From a virus (lineage: Duplodnaviria > Heunggongvirae > Uroviricota > Caudoviricetes), in the IMG/VR virus record IMGVR_UViG_2974624538_000001, positions 110,771 through 128,338 of that record: a stretch of 17,568 nucleotides of DNA. One strand, 5' to 3'. Below, piece after piece: positions 1 to 6,962 of this stretch. How positions within the stretch are numbered: the stretch's first letter is position 1; every line of letters starts with the position of its first letter. Under the pieces are notes generated by a model, which saw nothing but the letters and a program-made list of their open reading frames with translations, ran no database searches and was not told where the DNA came from. Position numbers and translations under genes: made by a program.

Positions 1-426
1 ATTTCGACAAATGCTGAGGCTGCAACTATCAGGAGTAAGGCGTATAGCGTAGCCAAGGCTCAGCTTGGGGACCGATATTGTGGAGGCAATAAGAAGTCCT
101 GTGGTGGAAGTGTTGGACCGAATAGTTTTGATTGTTCTGGTCTTGTCCAGTATTCATACAAGAAGGCTGGAAAGTACGTTCCACGCACAACTCAAAGCCA
201 GTTCAAGGCTTCAAAGGATATCACGGTAAATCAGCGCCAACTCGGTGATGTGATTTACTTCAGTCACAAGGGCACTCGTGACCACTTTCATGTCGGCATC
301 TATGCTGGCAGCGGGTATATGATTCATGCGAATGCAGGGTCCTACTACGGCAAGAAGGTAATCAAGGAAAAGATTTCTTCTTACTGGGGAAAGAACTATA
401 ACGCAGATTATCGTAGGCTCGGTTGA
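1..426 (+). CDS. NlpC/P60 family cell-wall peptidase, 5' end outside the window
   Basis: Frame 1 is open from base 1 to TGA 424-426: ...AEAATIRSKAYSVAKAQLGDRY...GPNSFDCSGLVQYSY...VPRTT...GDVIYF...HVGIYAGSGYMIHA. It has the catalytic DCSG, HVGIY and distal His. Absent from the ORF track because no start lies in the window. Confidence 0.92.
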   Translation: MSTNAEAATIRSKAYSVAKAQLGDRYCGGNKKSCGGSVGPNSFDCSGLVQYSYKKAGKYVPRTTQSQFKASKDITVNQRQLGDVIYFSHKGTRDHFHVGIYAGSGYMIHANAGSYYGKKVIKEKISSYWGKNYNADYRRLG

Positions 427-486
427 TGGTGGCAGGGTGCCAATTTTGCTTTAAGGCACCCTGCAAGCTTGTAACAAAGGAGTGGC

Positions 487-660
487 ATGACAATCAAGTT
501 CGGTGTAGTATTCCTGGCAATTGCAGTATTGTTCACCATTCTGTCTATGTGGCATGATTGGTTGTCTGGACCCTGTGTGTTCTTCTGGGGATGTGCCGCA
601 GCGTGCATCATCATGGGAAAGGTTCCCGAAGAGGTTGACACAGACCAGCCAGTCAGGTAA
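487..660 (+). CDS. Small membrane protein, 57 aa (MTIKFGVVFLAIAVLFTILSMWHDWLSGPCVFFWGCAAACIIMGKVPEEVDTDQPVR)
   Basis: AAAGGAG SD after the hairpin-AAGCTT element; two hydrophobic stretches; below the ORF-track size cut-off. Confidence 0.75.
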   Translation: MTIKFGVVFLAIAVLFTILSMWHDWLSGPCVFFWGCAAACIIMGKVPEEVDTDQPVR

Positions 661-663
661 GTT
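635..663 (+). promoter_or_regulatory. Sigma70/HrdB-type promoter TTGACA-17-TAAGTT
   Basis: Exact -35 with 17-bp spacer, lying inside the last codons of the upstream gene; hairpin element at 677-701. Confidence 0.7.
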
Positions 664-717
664 AGTTGTTGTGAGGGCGGGCCAACCACCCGCTAGCTTC
701 CTACAAAAGGAGAGAAC

Positions 718-1017
718 ATGCCGAAGGTTCGTGCGAAGAACGAGCGTAGTGGGATTGTCAGCCTTGGTGCTCATCACCTTTACAAGGCTCCGCGCTTTCC
801 CAACCCCCGCACCAGCACTGAAGACTTCTGCCCGGCGTACCACAGGCTTCAGCTTAGCTTGAAGAACAGTGAATCTAACCTTAAGGTTGCCGGAAAGGCT
901 GTGCTTAAGAAGCAGACTCAGGAGAACATTGAAAAGCTGAAGGCTGCCAAGGATAACATTCGGTACACCAAGGAACTGATTTTCTCGCATCTTGGCGAGT
1001 GCGACGACTGTAAGTGA
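718..1017 (+). CDS. Hypothetical protein, 99 aa (coiled-coil, C-terminal H...CxxC)
   Basis: AAAAGGAG SD and cassette context; no recognised family. Confidence 0.8.
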   Translation: MPKVRAKNERSGIVSLGAHHLYKAPRFPNPRTSTEDFCPAYHRLQLSLKNSESNLKVAGKAVLKKQTQENIEKLKAAKDNIRYTKELIFSHLGECDDCK

Positions 1018-1065
1018 TGTACCGCCCCCGAAAGGGGGCAAGCTTCCTCAACAAAGGAGAAGGAA

Positions 1066-1248
1066 ATGGAAGACTTCGGACTGGGAATGTTTCTTGGTGC
1101 CATGATTGGCGTCTTTATCTCGACCCTGATTTTCCTCGGAGTGTCTGAGGATATCAAGAATGATTCCAAGAATGAACAGAAGCGTTTCGAGCTGTGTCTC
1201 AAGCGGGATATGCAGTGGGTTGACCAGAACTGCATTGGCAACAAGTAA
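1066..1248 (+). CDS. Small single-pass membrane protein with C-terminal Cys pair, 60 aa
   Basis: AAAGGAG SD; hydrophobic N-terminus; CLKRDMQWVDQNC. Confidence 0.82.
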   Translation: MEDFGLGMFLGAMIGVFISTLIFLGVSEDIKNDSKNEQKRFELCLKRDMQWVDQNCIGNK

Positions 1249-1296
1249 TACCGGGCGGACTTAGGTCCGCCAAGCTTCCCAATATAAGGAGAAATA

Positions 1297-1482
1297 ATGA
1301 AGCGACACTTCAGCGATTGGTGGCCAGGATATGTCATGGGCACCTTTCTTGTGGCAATCGTAATTTTTGCGGGAATGGGAATTGCTTATGACGCCAAGCA
1401 GGAAAAGCGGTGTCTGAAGGCAGGATATCAGTACATTGATGGAACTTGTTTCAAGAAGGCAATCTTTGCTGAGTGGGAATAA
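1297..1482 (+). CDS. Small single-pass membrane protein with C-terminal Cys pair, 61 aa
   Basis: AAGGAG SD; transmembrane segment; CLKAGYQYIDGTC. Confidence 0.82.
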   Translation: MKRHFSDWWPGYVMGTFLVAIVIFAGMGIAYDAKQEKRCLKAGYQYIDGTCFKKAIFAEWE

Positions 1483-1529
1483 TCCCACTGCCCACGAAAG
1501 TGGGCAAGCTTCCTATCTAAGGAGATAAA

Positions 1530-1748
1530 ATGTTTATTGATGACCCTAGCATCTTCCTGAAGGATGCTGAAGACGAAACGTATGTCGGTCTTGATTCGTA
1601 TTCTGGTGGATATCCTTACAGGGCCACCACATTGAAGGAAGTTCATTTCTTTAGTACGGTGGAAGAAGCTGAAGAATATGCAAATCATTGGCCCGGCAGA
1701 TTTACAATTCACAGGCTCACTTCAATGAATTCTGAGAGGATTTCATGA
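1530..1748 (+). CDS. Hypothetical acidic protein, 72 aa
   Basis: AAGGAG SD after hairpin-AAGCTT; stop overlaps the next start (ATGA). Confidence 0.82.
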   Translation: MFIDDPSIFLKDAEDETYVGLDSYSGGYPYRATTLKEVHFFSTVEEAEEYANHWPGRFTIHRLTSMNSERIS

Positions 1749-2020
1749 GTATTCATGGCGGGATTGAAAGAGAGATGACTCTTCTTTCATTTAGATGGAA
1801 GAAGAACATTGACGAATACGACGGAACGCTTGACGAGACATGGCATCTTACCATCACAACTGCTTGGTGGGATATCACAATCGAGCGAATTCCGAATCGT
1901 AAGCACTTCAGTCTGAAGTATGGTATCTGTGGATTTGGATACTGGCTCAGTGCTAACCGGAACTACGAAACAATGGAAAAGCGCACATTCGGAGATGCAA
2001 GCGAAAGGTTGCTGAAGTAA
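1745..2020 (+). CDS. Hypothetical protein, 91 aa
   Basis: ATGA coupling upstream and TAATG coupling downstream. Confidence 0.78.
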   Translation: MSIHGGIEREMTLLSFRWKKNIDEYDGTLDETWHLTITTAWWDITIERIPNRKHFSLKYGICGFGYWLSANRNYETMEKRTFGDASERLLK

Positions 2021-2112
2021 TGGGTGAAGATAGCGATTTCTGGTCGGGTTGTTTGTGGATTGTCACTATCATTATGTTGGTGGCAGTAGGAATCTGGGCC
2101 TTTTTCAACTAA
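2020..2112 (+). CDS. Membrane micropeptide, 30 aa (MGEDSDFWSGCLWIVTIIMLVAVGIWAFFN)
   Basis: TAATG overlap with the upstream stop; one hydrophobic helix; its stop overlaps the AAGGAG SD of the next gene. Confidence 0.65.
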   Translation: MGEDSDFWSGCLWIVTIIMLVAVGIWAFFN

Positions 2113-2120
2113 GGAGAAGC

Positions 2121-2336
2121 ATGGAAATCATCGATATGATTGAGCGCTGTCTTGATGGTGAAGGGAGCTTTCATGAACTGACTCTCTCTAAGGCTTTCCT
2201 TCAGGATATGCGAACTGGTATGCTGGTGACTGAAAACGGCAAGGTTTATCCGGTTCTTGAGAGTTCCACTCTCGATTCTCAGGATGGTGAGATTTCCTGG
2301 GAGCTTTACACTGGTGAGGAATACGACTGTTCGTAA
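2121..2336 (+). CDS. Hypothetical acidic protein, 71 aa (MEIIDMIERC...)
   Basis: AAGGAG SD before ATG 2121; the track start at 2049 lies inside the preceding micropeptide gene. Confidence 0.78.
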   Translation: MEIIDMIERCLDGEGSFHELTLSKAFLQDMRTGMLVTENGKVYPVLESSTLDSQDGEISWELYTGEEYDCS

Positions 2337-2407
2337 TCCAATCCCGCCCGGATTTCCGGGCAAGCTTTCCTTCTAGACTATAAGGGTATAGAAACTAGGA
2401 GGATATA

Positions 2408-2554
2408 ATGAAGGTCTGGATTGTAAGCGAAGGCAATTGTGATTGCTGTATGTACGTCTCTGGTGTGTATTCAACAGAGGAAAAGGCAAACGCTTACGAA
2501 ACTGATAGCAAGTACGTAGAAATTGACTGGTTTATCGTAGACGAAGAGGATTAA
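2408..2554 (+). CDS. Hypothetical protein, 48 aa (MKVWIVSEGNCDCCMYVSGVYSTEEKANAYETDSKYVEIDWFIVDEED)
   Basis: AGGAGG SD; the VWIV...GVYSTEEKA pattern is typical of small phage proteins. Confidence 0.75.
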   Translation: MKVWIVSEGNCDCCMYVSGVYSTEEKANAYETDSKYVEIDWFIVDEED

Positions 2555-2555
2555 A

Positions 2556-2873
2556 ATGCGAGTAAAGATTATTGAGGAAGATGGCTCTGTAATCTTCCTC
2601 AATGTCGAGTCAAAGCAGGACGTCATCAATTTGAATTACCTTTCTGGTAAGACGTTCTCTGTGGTTGAAAAGTCAGAGGATAAGCCTGCTGACACAATTA
2701 AGAGGTTCCGCCCATCGCGTGACGAACACAGCATTCAAAAGCTGGTTGTGACGTTTTGGAATAACGGGGTAAAGGACCGTAACAAGTTGGCTGCTTCCAT
2801 TAGTTCCCTGAAGGGTTATGAGGTTACAGTAGCCACTGTTAATCGTTCTCTTTCCCGTGCGGGTCTTGTTTGA
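2556..2873 (+). CDS. Hypothetical protein, possible C-terminal helix-turn-helix, 105 aa
   Basis: GAGGA SD; C-terminal helical pattern (RNKLAASISSLKGYEVTVATVNRSLSRAG) resembles an HTH (inference). Confidence 0.78.
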   Translation: MRVKIIEEDGSVIFLNVESKQDVINLNYLSGKTFSVVEKSEDKPADTIKRFRPSRDEHSIQKLVVTFWNNGVKDRNKLAASISSLKGYEVTVATVNRSLSRAGLV

Positions 2874-2898
2874 CTTTGGCCTACAAAACCTCTAGAAT
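2870..2898 (+). promoter_or_regulatory. Promoter TTGACT-17-TAGAAT, predicted leaderless transcript for the HNH gene
   Basis: The -35 overlaps the upstream TGA; ATG 2905 lies 6 nt after the -10 and has no SD. Confidence 0.72.
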
Positions 2899-2904
2899 GG
2901 ACAC

Positions 2905-3318
2905 ATGGAGAAAAGAAGATATTCAAAATACTCCGATGAGGAAATTCTAGAGGCTATTAGGTCAACGCCAAACTTTACTCAGGCTGCCATACTTCTAGGC
3001 ATCAATCGGAAGACGGTTCAAAGGGTTGCCCATTCAAATGGAATTGAGAGTGACAAGCGAAGGATTCCAGACCATGATAAGGTTCTCGTAATCAAAGACG
3101 GTCGAGATGGCAATATCAAAACCTACATTCGCAAGCATAAGCTAATCGAAGAGGTTTGCATTATGTGTGGCAACGATGGCACTTGGCAAGGCAAGAAGCT
3201 TGTGCTACAGTTGGACCACATCAACGGAAATCCGGGGGATAACAGGATTGAAAACCTCCGGTGGCTATGTCCAAACTGTCATAGCCAAACGCCAACTTTC
3301 ACGAATAGGAAAAGATAA
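2905..3318 (+). CDS. Free-standing HNH endonuclease with N-terminal HTH, 137 aa
   Basis: CIMCG zinc knuckle and QLDHINGNPGDNRIENLRWLCPNCHSQT HNH motif; N-terminal FTQAAILLGINRKTVQR HTH. Confidence 0.92.
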   Translation: MEKRRYSKYSDEEILEAIRSTPNFTQAAILLGINRKTVQRVAHSNGIESDKRRIPDHDKVLVIKDGRDGNIKTYIRKHKLIEEVCIMCGNDGTWQGKKLVLQLDHINGNPGDNRIENLRWLCPNCHSQTPTFTNRKR

Positions 3319-3887
3319 TGGCAACGTTTTTTACTTCAGATACCCATTTCGGACATGAGCGCATCATTTCTCTCTGCGAGCGACCTTTCGATTCTGTTGA
3401 TGAAATGAATGAGACGATGATTGAGCGTTGGAATGAGACCGTAAAGCAGAGTGACACCGTTTACCATCTTGGTGACGTGGCACTCGGTAAGATTGCCGAG
3501 TCTCTTCCCCTTGTTGGTCGGCTCAACGGCTACAAGATTCTCGTTCCGGGAAACCATGACCGCATCTTTTCTGGCGAGAAGGAAAAGCAGCGTCTCAGGT
3601 TTGGTCCGGAGTACGATAAGGTCTTTCAGTACACGCTCCCTGAGAGCTTCCGTACGTCCCTGGGAGGCTTTGACGTGATGCTGAGCCACTTCCCCTACGT
3701 CGGGGACTCTCACGGGGCAGACAGGCACGCTGACAAGCGTCCTAAGGATGAGGGTCTGCCTATCATTCACGGTCACGTGCATGACGAGTGGGCAGAAAAC
3801 GGCCGGATGTTCAATGCAGGTGTTGACGTGCGAGATTTCCGACCGGTTCATGAGGATGTTGTGGTTGACTGGCTGAAGAGTCTGTAG
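3318..3887 (+). CDS. Calcineurin-like metallophosphoesterase, 189 aa
   Basis: All five motifs are present: SDTHFGH, HLGDV, PGNHD, SHFP, HGHVH. Confidence 0.93.
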   Translation: MATFFTSDTHFGHERIISLCERPFDSVDEMNETMIERWNETVKQSDTVYHLGDVALGKIAESLPLVGRLNGYKILVPGNHDRIFSGEKEKQRLRFGPEYDKVFQYTLPESFRTSLGGFDVMLSHFPYVGDSHGADRHADKRPKDEGLPIIHGHVHDEWAENGRMFNAGVDVRDFRPVHEDVVVDWLKSL

Positions 3888-3893
3888 TAAGGT
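3865..3893 (+). promoter_or_regulatory. Promoter TTGACT-17-TAAGGT
   Basis: Lies across the end of the phosphoesterase gene; the hairpin element starts at 3894. Confidence 0.65.
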
Positions 3894-3947
3894 GGGAACC
3901 GTTCGAAAGGGGCGGTTCCCAAGCTTCCCTGATATAGGAGAATAAAA

Positions 3948-4253
3948 ATGGAATGGTTTCATTTCAGTCCGTTTGATGTAATCGGTGTGGGCATCATGAT
4001 ATACGGTTTCTGGAAGGCTTTCTATCGTTGTCCAGTGGGAATGAATTCCAGCAGGATTCTCTACTGGTACTGCGCTTGGGCATGGGTTTTCCTTGGCGTG
4101 GTTCGAATTGCTGAGGGACGGTATGCAAACGCTGTTCTTGATGCTGGATTTGCAGCTTATGATTTCTACCGCTGGTGGAATTCTGGTGGTGATGAGGGTG
4201 TGAAGAACTTCCTTCAGAGCCTTGTCATGAAGCCTGCTCATGCTGTAAGGTAG
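3948..4253 (+). CDS. Multi-pass membrane protein, 101 aa
   Basis: AGGAG SD; two to three hydrophobic, aromatic-rich segments. Confidence 0.8.
   Translation: MEWFHFSPFDVIGVGIMIYGFWKAFYRCPVGMNSSRILYWYCAWAWVFLGVVRIAEGRYANAVLDAGFAAYDFYRWWNSGGDEGVKNFLQSLVMKPAHAVR
4222..4251 (+). promoter_or_regulatory. Promoter TTGTCA-18-TAAGGT
   Basis: Same TAAGGTAGTA -10 context as 5851; hairpin element at 4262-4287. Confidence 0.62.
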
Positions 4254-4308
4254 TACCACAAGCGGGGGCGAGAGTCCCCGCAAGCTTCCTCCCTAGACCT
4301 TAAGGAGA

Positions 4309-4767
4309 ATGATGGACCTGTTTAACGCAGAACGTCAAGCAAAGCTGCTCATGGCTGCTCATGGGCTGATTGACAAGGGTTGGCGTTTCGAGTGGGACAA
4401 TGCCGCCCGGCGATTCGGTCAGTGCCGTTATAGCACTAAGACTATTTCGATGTCTCGTCAGTTGACCGTTCAGCGTAGTGCTGACGCTGTTCGCAATACG
4501 ATGCTGCACGAGATTGCTCATGCTCTTACTCCTGGTAGTGGGCATAATGCGGTGTGGCGGGCAAAGGCTATTTCCATTGGTTGTGATGGAAAGCGTTGTT
4601 CGGATGACAAGGTTGAGGTTGATTACAAGTACGTGGCCAAGTGCCCTAACGGGCATGTCTCTAAGAAGTACCTTCGAAAGCCTCGTGCTTCTGCTAGGCC
4701 CCGTTCTTGTGGTACTTGCAGTCCGGTTTACAATGCCAAGTACGCAATTAGGGTGGTGGCTATTTAA
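4309..4767 (+). CDS. SprT-like zinc metalloprotease, ~152 aa
   Basis: RRFGQC, HEIAHAL (HExxH), GHNAVWR and a C-terminal CxxxH...CxxC zinc ribbon; ATG 4312 is better spaced from the SD than 4309. Confidence 0.88.
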   Translation: MMDLFNAERQAKLLMAAHGLIDKGWRFEWDNAARRFGQCRYSTKTISMSRQLTVQRSADAVRNTMLHEIAHALTPGSGHNAVWRAKAISIGCDGKRCSDDKVEVDYKYVAKCPNGHVSKKYLRKPRASARPRSCGTCSPVYNAKYAIRVVAI

Positions 4768-4946
4768 TGAGGGATACTGTCCCTTTCAACATTTACAAGG
4801 AACACGCCAAGATGGGGCATCAGTGGAGAGATAAGACTGATGACAATGAAAGGCGTAATATTGACACAGTTAACAAGAGGCTTTACATTTGCTCTTGTGG
4901 TTGGCTAGGCTGGTTTGCCAAGGCTGACCTAAATACTGTGAATTAA
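4767..4946 (+). CDS. Hypothetical protein, 59 aa, possible Zn-binding (HAKMGH...CSCGW)
   Basis: TAATG coupling to the SprT gene; TAA at 4944 just before the next hairpin element; not in the ORF track. Confidence 0.72.
   Translation: MRDTVPFNIYKEHAKMGHQWRDKTDDNERRNIDTVNKRLYICSCGWLGWFAKADLNTVN
4861..4911 (+). promoter_or_regulatory. Overlapping promoters TTGACA-17-TACATT (4861-4889) and TTTACA-18-TAGGCT (4882-4911)
   Basis: Consensus matches inside the 59-aa gene, upstream of hairpin 4951-4981. Confidence 0.5.
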
Positions 4947-4993
4947 TTCGGGCGGGGAGAGAAAATCTCCCCGCCAAGCTTGCCCCAAGAGGG

Positions 4994-5022
4994 TTGACAG
5001 ATGGGGCCAGGAGGGATAGGGT
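4994..5022 (+). promoter_or_regulatory. Promoter TTGACA-17-TAGGGT, predicted leaderless start at ATG 5029
   Basis: ATG lies 6 nt after the -10; an AGGAGG inside the spacer could serve read-through transcripts. Confidence 0.72.
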
Positions 5023-5028
5023 AACACC

Positions 5029-5259
5029 ATGAGAAACGTTAAGGTGAATGACTTGTTCGCTCCAATCTTCTGGAAGTCTGTAGCAACTCGGCAGGCTAAT
5101 GGAGAGAGGTATGGGCAGGCTGTATTTAACTCTGCCTATGGACTCTTTCCCAACGAAGTTGGCGAGATGGTTGCGACAGAGCTTGACCCGTTCTACAATG
5201 ATAGTGCTGTGAAGCACTTTCTGGCAGCACTGACTAACAAGATTGAGGATGTACAGTGA
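5029..5259 (+). CDS. Hypothetical protein, 76 aa
   Basis: Own promoter; R.GQA.FN...DPFY.D pattern; GTGA overlap with the next gene. Confidence 0.82.
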   Translation: MRNVKVNDLFAPIFWKSVATRQANGERYGQAVFNSAYGLFPNEVGEMVATELDPFYNDSAVKHFLAALTNKIEDVQ

Positions 5260-5615
5260 GTCACTACAAGGAACTGTGTAAGTGTGGTACGATACTCAAG
5301 CAATGTAGGTGTCCAGGACCGAAGGAGATTCGCGTGACTGACAAGTGTGACCACAATTGGGCCAAGGCTCTTGAGGACGAGCTTGATGAGCAGTACGATA
5401 TTGCTGCAAATGCCGGGCGAAATGTTGTTGAGATTGAGCTTCCGGCAACTCGCCATTGGCTTGAGGTTGCTCTGACGAATGTGTATGGCTTTGTCATCAC
5501 CCTTAACATTGCTGACGAAACGGGCGGGTTGATGAAGGATGTTGACCTGTATTCTTGTGTTAAGCGAGAGGACTTGGCTGACACTATTCACAGCCTTTAC
5601 AATTCCTACGAGTGA
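5256..5615 (+). CDS. Hypothetical protein, 119 aa, N-terminal Cys/His cluster
   Basis: GAGGA SD, GTG start; HYKELCKCG...QCRC...CDH. Confidence 0.78.
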   Translation: MSHYKELCKCGTILKQCRCPGPKEIRVTDKCDHNWAKALEDELDEQYDIAANAGRNVVEIELPATRHWLEVALTNVYGFVITLNIADETGGLMKDVDLYSCVKREDLADTIHSLYNSYE

Positions 5616-5621
5616 GGTGTA

Positions 5622-5813
5622 ATGGGAATTAGAAAGTGGACGGACCTAACTCCATCTGAAAAGATGCAGTGGTTCGACAATTCAATAAGGATTCATGAAG
5701 ACCTTCCTATTCAAAAGAAGCGCAAGATTTGGGCGCGGATTGAAAAGGAAAGGAAGAAGGCAGAACAGAGAGCTAGAAGGCGTAAGCCTAAGTGGTGGCA
5801 GCGCAAGAAGTGA
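5622..5813 (+). CDS. Small basic protein, 63 aa
   Basis: GAGGT SD; K/R/W-rich C-terminus. Confidence 0.75.
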   Translation: MGIRKWTDLTPSEKMQWFDNSIRIHEDLPIQKKRKIWARIEKERKKAEQRARRRKPKWWQRKK

Positions 5814-5827
5814 ACGTGTGGGGAAGG

Positions 5828-5856
5828 TTGACAGACCTTCCCCAAGCTTGTAAGGT
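5828..5856 (+). promoter_or_regulatory. Promoter TTGACA-17-TAAGGT with the -35 in the hairpin loop and AAGCTT in the spacer
   Basis: GGGGAAGGT-TGACAG-ACCTTCCCC-AAGCTT-G-TAAGGT. Confidence 0.78.
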
Positions 5857-5878
5857 AGTAGGCAACCAAAGGAGAGAG

Positions 5879-6076
5879 ATGAAGAAGTCAACGCTCTTTA
5901 CGACCGAAGCTGTACTGTCATTCTTTATGTTCTTCCCCAATGCCATTGTGTCTGTTCGATACATGGTTGAAAGGGATGTTGTTGATGCAAGCAGTACCGC
6001 TTTTGCTGGTGTCGGTCTGTTCTTCCTTGTTCTGTTTGGTCTTCTGGCGATTGATGCTAAGAACGCTGGACAGTGA
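5879..6076 (+). CDS. Small two-pass membrane protein, 65 aa (MKKSTLFTTE...)
   Basis: AAAGGAG SD before ATG 5879, within track ORF 5792-6076. Confidence 0.75.
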   Translation: MKKSTLFTTEAVLSFFMFFPNAIVSVRYMVERDVVDASSTAFAGVGLFFLVLFGLLAIDAKNAGQ

Positions 6077-6131
6077 TTTGACAGGCAGGCGAGAGTCTGC
6101 CAAGCTTGTAACACAACGAAGGGATGGCAAT

Positions 6132-6263
6132 ATGAGGATGCTCGGTAAGCGTGGTCAGCCGTTCTGTGGTAGCAAGTGCTGTGGTGAGAAGCGGGCAAAG
6201 AAGGCTCATACCCGCCGCATGAAGCGCAGGGAGCGCGGTTCCCGCGCGTGGCGTAGCTTCTAG
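6132..6263 (+). CDS. Very basic 43-aa peptide with CxxxCC (MRMLGKRGQPFCGSKCCGEKRAKKAHTRRMKRRERGSRAWRSF)
   Basis: Follows hairpin-AAGCTT 6084-6107 and a GAAGGGA SD; 3' part of track ORF 5940-6263. Confidence 0.68.
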   Translation: MRMLGKRGQPFCGSKCCGEKRAKKAHTRRMKRRERGSRAWRSF

Positions 6264-6274
6264 AAAATCGGGGG

Positions 6275-6303
6275 TTGACAGAAAAACCTCCTAGCTGTAA
6301 GGT
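6275..6303 (+). promoter_or_regulatory. Promoter TTGACA-17-TAAGGT driving the non-coding locus
   Basis: Exact -35; the downstream CCAACGCAAG is shared with the promoter at 7120-7148. Confidence 0.8.
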
Positions 6304-6309
6304 AATACC

Positions 6310-6665
6310 AACGCAAGACGGTGAGGGAAGGCGCACTAAGTCTCCCGACCCTCACCAAGCTTGGAACGAAAGTTCCTCCCAAGACGCCTGATGACCCCCG
6401 GATTACGGCTCTTTGTTTCTAGAGCTTAGATGACCGTAACATCGGTTGCAAACGATAAAGGGGTGAGGGGTGCGCTATAGTGAAAATGGCAAACACACTC
6501 GGAAGAGGGGTTCCGGTTCGAATCCGGATAGCGTACTGGTGTGGGATACCATAAAATCCCAATAATCAATAAAATATAGGTCGAATTGCCTCTTGGTAAT
6601 GAGTCCGTGGGTAAGAGTCCGTTGCGAGCGGAACGAATGGCAACCTACTGCGGCTAACCTATATA
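6310..6665 (+). ncRNA. Candidate multi-domain structured non-coding transcript
   Basis: No SD-led + strand ORF for ~390 nt after a strong promoter. Nested stems at 6320-6356, 6363-6376, 6395-6463 and 6574-6663 flank a tRNA-like unit. Confidence 0.55.
6470..6536 (+). tRNA. tRNA-like RNA lacking a normal anticodon arm (pseudo-tRNA, no anticodon)
   Basis: Acceptor (G)TGCGCTA/TAGCGTA(C); U8-A9; D arm GTG-AAAATGGCAAA-CAC; CTC-GGAA-GAG in place of the anticodon arm; T arm TCCGG-TTCGAAT-CCGGA; no encoded CCA. Confidence 0.75.
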
Positions 6666-6693
6666 CAATATCAATCAAACTACAGGGGTTGAA

Positions 6694-6948
6694 ATGTTCA
6701 GAAAGAAGCCTTGGCAAGACACTGACATTACTGGATGGAGATATTCCATCAAGCCTGGTGATAGTAAGAATTCCTGGCGGGTTTGGATTACCGACCCGGA
6801 AGGAAATCAGTACGGAAGTCACTTCGGCCTTCTGAGCTACTGCACGTATAATTCACGAACCCTTGAAAAGGCTGAAGCCAAGGTAGTAGATTCAATTAAG
6901 AAGACTGCGTATGAGCAGACGACGCTTGTTTCCGTAACCATTCTCTGA
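6694..6948 (+). CDS. Hypothetical protein, 84 aa
   Basis: AGGGG SD; compact ORF with plausible composition. Confidence 0.75.
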   Translation: MFRKKPWQDTDITGWRYSIKPGDSKNSWRVWITDPEGNQYGSHFGLLSYCTYNSRTLEKAEAKVVDSIKKTAYEQTTLVSVTIL

Positions 6949-6962
6949 AAGGACTACCAACC

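Noticed and set aside
3336-4283. 315-aa minus-strand ORF and the other minus-strand track ORFs
   Set aside because: They are antisense shadows of well-supported + strand genes, with no SDs or recognisable motifs; all regulatory signals point to +.
6101-6107. CAAGCT acting as a -10 element
   Set aside because: A TTGACA lies 17 bp upstream only in this copy; the other copies checked have no -35 at that spacing.
6320-6400. Fluoride riboswitch or hammerhead suggested by CTGATGAC at 6388
   Set aside because: The upstream GGNGAUGG motif is missing and no GAAA core follows a stem II.
6470-6536. Standard decoding tRNA with an assignable amino acid
   Set aside because: There is no 7-nt anticodon loop, so no anticodon can be assigned.
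6586-6645. Hammerhead ribozyme (TAATGAGTCCGTG...GGAACGAAT)
   Set aside because: The core lacks CUGANGA and GAAA, and no stem I can be formed.
6574-6663. HDV/theta ribozyme, c-di-AMP riboswitch or Y RNA (GGCTAACC, GTCGAA words)
   Set aside because: No P1/P3/L3 nested pseudoknot, no ydaO core motifs, and no permuted T-AS-D module could be fitted.
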